IMG/VR virus record: IMGVR_UViG_3300045988_135453 | Strand: one strand, 5' to 3' | DNA: 64,000 nt | Origin: a virus | Shown: piece by piece, positions 60,279 to 64,000 of the stretch | How positions within the stretch are numbered: the first letter of the stretch is position 1 | Layout: each line of letters begins with the position of its first letter | Translations under genes and position numbers: made by a program | The notes under the pieces: model-generated | Databases searched by the model: none | What the model was told of the DNA's origin: nothing | Seen by the model: only the letters and a program-made list of their open reading frames with translations

Positions 60279-60697
60279 ACTGCAAAGTTAAGCGAAAATT
60301 GGCGTGCGTCTACTTCGTGACGGCGATGTCTTCTTCTTCTCGTCTTCATGTTCTCTTCTCGCATAACAGCATCCAAACGTTGCTGTTCTGTCTCGATGTA
60401 CTGTTTCTCCTCGTTGGTGAGCGGAGGCAATACAAATGACTCAAGGGCTTTTTTAAAGCGGTACTCGCTTACTTGCTCGTCGCCAATAAAGCAGTCAACA
60501 CTTTGGTATGATCCGTGACGGAGGCGGACCTTGCCTCCTTTCCATGTCATATTGCCAATAGTGTAGCTCTTGTAATACCACAACAGACTGTGATAAGTCA
60601 AACCCCATGATTTTGCCCAATGCTCAGCGGCATTGGCGCTGTTGTCGTAATAGTTTCCTCTTCTTTGCGCTTCGCGCTTAAACTCCTGTAAAGTCAT
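60275..60697 (-). CDS. hypothetical protein with Arg-rich C-terminal segment (140 aa)
   Basis: ATG ORF. Contains ...MKTRRRRHRRHEVD... Confidence 0.5.
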   Translation of the reverse strand: MTLQEFKREAQRRGNYYDNSANAAEHWAKSWGLTYHSLLWYYKSYTIGNMTWKGGKVRLRHGSYQSVDCFIGDEQVSEYRFKKALESFVLPPLTNEEKQYIETEQQRLDAVMREENMKTRRRRHRRHEVDARQFSLNFAV

Positions 60698-60752
60698 AAT
60701 CCTTAGTATTTTTAATGTTCTATAATAGAGGGTATTCCACCCCCATGATACC

Positions 60753-61436
60753 TTACTTCCAATTTTCCGCTAATATTTTTCTCACGCTATAATAAGGCGT
60801 GTTAAACGGATATTTCACTTCGTTGATGACGTACACCACGGTCGGCTCCGTCATGCGCAATGTGTCGCGACACTCCACACGGCCGTACATGCCATGTGCC
60901 ATGAGGTTCAGGGCGCACATCTTGCAAGCAATAGGATCGCTGTCTTGTGCCACATACTCGAAGCGTCTGCCAGCCGAATGGTCCAGCTTGCTCTTCTCCA
61001 TATAGTGAGCCAGGAGCAAACGTCCGCTACCTGCTGCGCAGTCATTCACCTTGCCATGATCCCCGGCTCCCAGTGTGCTAATCCGTGCCATAAGGTCCGA
61101 AATGCTCTGAGGCGTGAAGAACTGCCCCATCTTCGATGCCTTGCCACGGCTCAGATACATATCCTCGTACAGGTTGCCGAACACGTCCAGCCACTCGCCA
61201 CGCTCCATCGCTGTTGTCACATCCTTTAGCCACTGAAGGGCGAGAACGGCAAACTCAGGATTCTGCTCCGTGCAGCTCAAAATGTGTTGGCTATATTCAA
61301 CGGTGCCAGCCTTAAAAGCATCAACGCTGAAGAACTCTATAAGATAGTCACAGAAGTCACTGAGAGCCATTTCCTGTAGTCTGCTGTGTTTGTTTGCCTG
61401 TTCGGTCAATACGTCGATATAATTCTTTTTATCCAT
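60753..61436 (-). CDS. HsdM/N6-DNA-methylase-like protein lacking the catalytic NPPF/Y motif (truncated)
   Basis: 227 aa. GQFFTPQSISDLMARI (motif X), NDCAAGSGRLLLAHY (motif I) and YVAQDSDPIACKMCALNLMAHGM are typical of type I / IIG N6-methylases. The protein ends about 35 aa later (...ECRDTLRMTEPTVVYVINEVKYPFNTPYYSV...) without an (N/D)PP(F/Y) motif. Confidence 0.6.
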   Translation of the reverse strand: MDKKNYIDVLTEQANKHSRLQEMALSDFCDYLIEFFSVDAFKAGTVEYSQHILSCTEQNPEFAVLALQWLKDVTTAMERGEWLDVFGNLYEDMYLSRGKASKMGQFFTPQSISDLMARISTLGAGDHGKVNDCAAGSGRLLLAHYMEKSKLDHSAGRRFEYVAQDSDPIACKMCALNLMAHGMYGRVECRDTLRMTEPTVVYVINEVKYPFNTPYYSVRKILAENWK

Positions 61437-61511
61437 GATTTTCTCAAAATTTTATGTGTTCTATAATAGGGGAGCTGCCCTGCTGCCAGGTGCAGCCCCG
61501 TGAATGATGAT
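61437..61511. repeat. 75-nt intergenic cassette, copy 1 (hairpin + TTATAGAAC box)
   Basis: About 85-90% identical to 62319-62389. GC hairpin GGGGAGCTGC...GCAGCCCC (61469-61499), then (minus strand) CTATTATAGAACACAT... Confidence 0.8.
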
Positions 61512-62318
61512 TTAATAACCCTTCCAGAAGTAAGAGTGATGGCTATACTGGCTTAATGCCTTCTCCTTGGCAAACTCGCGGATGGTGTAGTCGTAGCCTT
61601 CCATCTCCTTCATAATTGCCTCTGCTTTTCGTGCCAGACGCAGATAGGCTGCATACTTCTTCTTTGATGCCTTGAGGTTCTCAATCGTCGCCAAACGCTC
61701 TTTTTTATAGTGTTCTATAACGGAAATGGCTTTTTCTGCCTCCAGACGGTCGCCAGTATTCCACTGCCATGCGTTTGGGTCGATCTCCTTCTTCTTACCG
61801 GAGTAACGGTTATACCCGTGGCTCCAGTCAACGAACATTGAAACGTTAGGGCGATATTCTACAATACGATAATAGTCGTAACAATTCAGCTTGAAGTAGT
61901 ATTCCCCAAACGAACTATAAAAGCCTGTCGCCTCCTTCACGGCATCATGGAAGCGTTTATTCAGCACCTTGCCATCAAACTTTCGGCACACCTGAATAAG
62001 TCCGTCCAGGGCCTTGATTTCAAGCTGTCGGCGCTCTATCAATGCGTCCGCGTGCTTGCAATACGCCTTCACTTCGTTGGCCTTCTTGTCGGCTTCATGC
62101 TTTTTTGCAGCCGCCATAAAGTCCGCCTCCGTGCCGATACTGTAGGCTTCTTCCTCGTTGCCATTCTCGCGGCTAAACTGGTGATGCAGGTCTATATACT
62201 TTTGTGCATCATCCTTTGTGGCAAAGTGGCGAACGCCGTCCAATGTTTCAGACTTCCACAACCACACCTCGCCATTGTTGCAAATAAGATTTTTTGCTTC
62301 AACAAATATCTGGATCAT
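61512..62318 (-). CDS. hypothetical protein (268 aa)
   Basis: ATG ORF, no motif recognised. Confidence 0.55.
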   Translation of the reverse strand: MIQIFVEAKNLICNNGEVWLWKSETLDGVRHFATKDDAQKYIDLHHQFSRENGNEEEAYSIGTEADFMAAAKKHEADKKANEVKAYCKHADALIERRQLEIKALDGLIQVCRKFDGKVLNKRFHDAVKEATGFYSSFGEYYFKLNCYDYYRIVEYRPNVSMFVDWSHGYNRYSGKKKEIDPNAWQWNTGDRLEAEKAISVIEHYKKERLATIENLKASKKKYAAYLRLARKAEAIMKEMEGYDYTIREFAKEKALSQYSHHSYFWKGY

Positions 62319-62389
62319 AATATTCTCAATTTTAAATGTGTTCTATAATAGAGGCTGTCCTGCTGCCAGGAGCAGCCCGTGAATGATTA
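62319..62389. repeat. 75-nt intergenic cassette, copy 2
   Basis: GGCTGTCCTG ctgc CAGGaGCAGCC hairpin (62353-62377) plus GTTCTATAATAGAGG (62340-62354). Confidence 0.8.
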
Positions 62390-62782
62390 TTAGTAAGACA
62401 ATACGGCTATACGGTAGTATTCCGTTTCTCCTTCCTCCGGAATGTTGGCAATACACAGATCGCCCGTGGAAGCCTCGTAAATATACGAGCTGCCTATAAT
62501 ATCATACACCGTAAACTCGCCCCGCTGCTGGCTGTGCTCGCCGCCGTTGGCAATACATGTGATGCCGTTGTGATAGCCTCCCGAAGGTGCCGGGAAGTCC
62601 CCGCCTACCATCCTGTCCTGAAGGAAGTGTGACGAGCGGCGGGCTGCCTCCTTACTGTGCTGCTTGAGCACCTGGGCAAAGAGACGCTTTGCCTCGTTCC
62701 ATCGTGCATCGTTGAACATGTCTCGACGCTGCGGGAAATACTTATCTTCGTTGCTAACGTTGAATAATACTATCTGTGCCAT
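62390..62782 (-). CDS. hypothetical protein (130 aa)
   Basis: ATG ORF. Confidence 0.5.
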   Translation of the reverse strand: MAQIVLFNVSNEDKYFPQRRDMFNDARWNEAKRLFAQVLKQHSKEAARRSSHFLQDRMVGGDFPAPSGGYHNGITCIANGGEHSQQRGEFTVYDIIGSSYIYEASTGDLCIANIPEEGETEYYRIAVLSY

Positions 62783-62836
62783 GATCTGTAAAATTTTAAA
62801 AGTTGGTGGTGTTTTTATCTGCCTATAATAAGCGGT
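62783..62836. repeat. second intergenic cassette type, copy 1
   Basis: GATCTGTAAAATTTTAAAAGTTGGTGGTGTTTTTATCTGCCTATAATAAGCGG; near-identical to 63161-63215. Confidence 0.8.
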
Positions 62837-63160
62837 TTATGCGTGAAGCATACGGTGCCAGAAGCTGAAACACTGAAACGGCATACGGCATGGGAAAAAA
62901 CGGGGAAATATACGGTCAACCACTGCCAGGGCGTTGCATTCTACATTGACAGTCAGCTCAAGAACGGGACCAAAAATAAATATTAAAGTGCAAATAAATT
63001 GTACTGTCCCCGTTATGCCTAACACGTCACACAACAAGAGAAATAGCGGAACGCAAACGACTATACACGAAAAAGAAATTACGGCTACTAACACATGCGA
63101 GAGAAGGAAAGCGGCACGCTTTGCGGCCTTAACTACTTTATTTGCAAAATTTGTTTTCAT
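62837..63160 (-). CDS. small membrane protein (107 aa)
   Basis: Hydrophobic segments LLSHVLVAVISFSCIVVCVPLFLLL and VQFICTLIFIFGPVL. Confidence 0.5.
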   Translation of the reverse strand: MKTNFANKVVKAAKRAAFLLSHVLVAVISFSCIVVCVPLFLLLCDVLGITGTVQFICTLIFIFGPVLELTVNVECNALAVVDRIFPRFFPCRMPFQCFSFWHRMLHA

Positions 63161-63215
63161 AATCTGTGAAGTATTAAAAGTTGTGATGTTTTTATCTGCC
63201 TATAATAAGGCGTAA
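63161..63215. repeat. second intergenic cassette type, copy 2
   Basis: AATCTGTGAAGTATTAAAAGTTGTGATGTTTTTATCTGCCTATAATAAGGCG. Confidence 0.8.
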
Positions 63216-63473
63216 TTAATACTCGATGCAGAGCAATATTGCCACTACTGCTGCAATGATGTTGTAACCGACAAACTGCCAGCCGGTGCACAGGATGGGG
63301 TCGCCATCCTGGCCATAAAAGCTGTGCTGAGTCTGGAGCCACTGACGGACCGTTTTAAAGGCCGTCAGGGCGTTTTTAACCGTGCGAGCGACAAGTAATA
63401 CAACGATGGCGAATAAAGCCGTCAGAAGGGCGCGTGTGCCCGTTGTGCGTGATATTGTGATGTTCTGTGCCAT
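63216..63473 (-). CDS. small membrane protein (85 aa)
   Basis: ALLTALFAIVVLLVA and WQFVGYNIIAAVVAILLCI. Confidence 0.5.
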   Translation of the reverse strand: MAQNITISRTTGTRALLTALFAIVVLLVARTVKNALTAFKTVRQWLQTQHSFYGQDGDPILCTGWQFVGYNIIAAVVAILLCIEY

Positions 63474-63485
63474 GATGATCTTGTT

Positions 63486-63980
63486 TTATGCTGTTTTCTT
63501 CTTCTGTTCTTCCACTTCTTGCCACAGGCGCTTGTCCGTTCTGCCGTAGCCGGCCTCGCCGTTGGAACATTGATAGGCGCAGTACATTTCCTCGTCGCAA
63601 TACATCGAGAAAGCCAGCTCAGCCTCGCTGCTTAGCTCTTTTACAACCGCCTCAATTTTTTTAATAATATGTGTAGCATGGATCTTGCTGAGTCCGGCGT
63701 TATCGTACCAATCGTCTCGGATCACGTCGTCGGCATTAAAGTCGCCATAAACATAATCACACGTTTCGTAACAATAATCAACCCTTTTGTAGGTCTTGAC
63801 AACCACGAACCAATCGAAAATGGATGCCTCATAATAACCAGACGTGCAGCCAGCTTGAATAGTAATATCCATTCGATTGTCCCCGCACTTTATAGTTTTT
63901 GTTTTCTCAGAGAAAAAATGTGTGGGGTAATTACGGTCATAATCATGCTCTTCTATATCGTGCCAGCCCTTCGCCTTCAA
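63486..63980 (-). CDS. hypothetical protein (164 aa; TTG start in the track, true start uncertain)
   Basis: An in-frame stop lies just upstream. The first ATG is only at codon 37. Confidence 0.45.
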   Translation of the reverse strand: MKAKGWHDIEEHDYDRNYPTHFFSEKTKTIKCGDNRMDITIQAGCTSGYYEASIFDWFVVVKTYKRVDYCYETCDYVYGDFNADDVIRDDWYDNAGLSKIHATHIIKKIEAVVKELSSEAELAFSMYCDEEMYCAYQCSNGEAGYGRTDKRLWQEVEEQKKKTA

Positions 63981-64000
63981 CTCGTAGGCTACATTCTCTC

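Noticed and set aside
1-64000. Global enrichment of G/C homopolymers as evidence for a genome-wide phase-variation strategy
   Set aside because: I count six G/C runs of at least 7 nt (2095, 16170, 26254, 27692, 35186, 59297). About six are expected by chance in 64 kb at roughly 24% G and 24% C. Only the G10 tract and the G7 tract coinciding with a frame break are individually notable.

Overview
This 64-kb window looks like part of a tailed-phage genome. Its expression signals are Bacteroidota-like: no Shine-Dalgarno sequences, A- or CA-rich leaders, and one clean TTTG-N19-TAnnTTTG promoter. It also carries a plasmid-type maintenance block, so I read it as a candidate phage-plasmid. No integrase, transposase, rRNA or CRISPR array is recognisable.

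Modules, almost all on the minus strand:
- 1-10.2 kb: head-proximal genes. These include an S49 prohead protease fused to a scaffold, a major capsid protein, several small secreted or membrane proteins, and an insulated LysR-type regulator.
- 10.2 kb: an initiator-like tRNA-Met.
- 12.7-15.9 kb: nucleotide and replication genes (MazG, a ThyX-like protein with a degenerate RHR motif, a dNMP/guanylate-type kinase, an AEP primase).
- 15.96-16.8 kb: a repeat-rich non-coding island.
- 16.8-24.8 kb: holin, two unknown genes and a 2062-aa tape measure protein.
- 24.9-31.0 kb, plus strand: a radical SAM gene split at a G7 run, two DNA methyltransferases (one carrying a C8 run) and terL.
- 31.3-37.5 kb: unknown genes, a decayed gene, a hexapeptide-repeat protein and a G10 tract.
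- 37.6-46.1 kb: replisome genes (dnaN-like clamp, SSB-like protein, 1242-aa primase-helicase, DEDD exonuclease).
- 46.2-53.0 kb: HTH regulator, Rep_3-like initiator with iterons, a duplicated ori-like module, ParA with an RHH partner, and centromere-like repeats.
- 53-64 kb: small early or accessory genes with shared leader elements, a candidate sRNA, an acidic protein and a truncated HsdM-like protein.

Most notable observations:
1. The iteron origin is duplicated, and its IR-bounded AT-rich core is inverted between the two copies.
2. A dispersed palindromic TTTTGAGTTTTGAATT hairpin element occurs at four loci and brackets terL.
3. There are several families of conserved elements just upstream of start codons.
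4. Homopolymer tracts coincide with frame breaks.

Limits: protein functions are motif-level recognitions made without database searches. CDS coordinates follow the supplied ORF track, with starts moved to the first ATG where the track used TTG or GTG. Hand-called non-CDS coordinates may be off by 1-2 nt.
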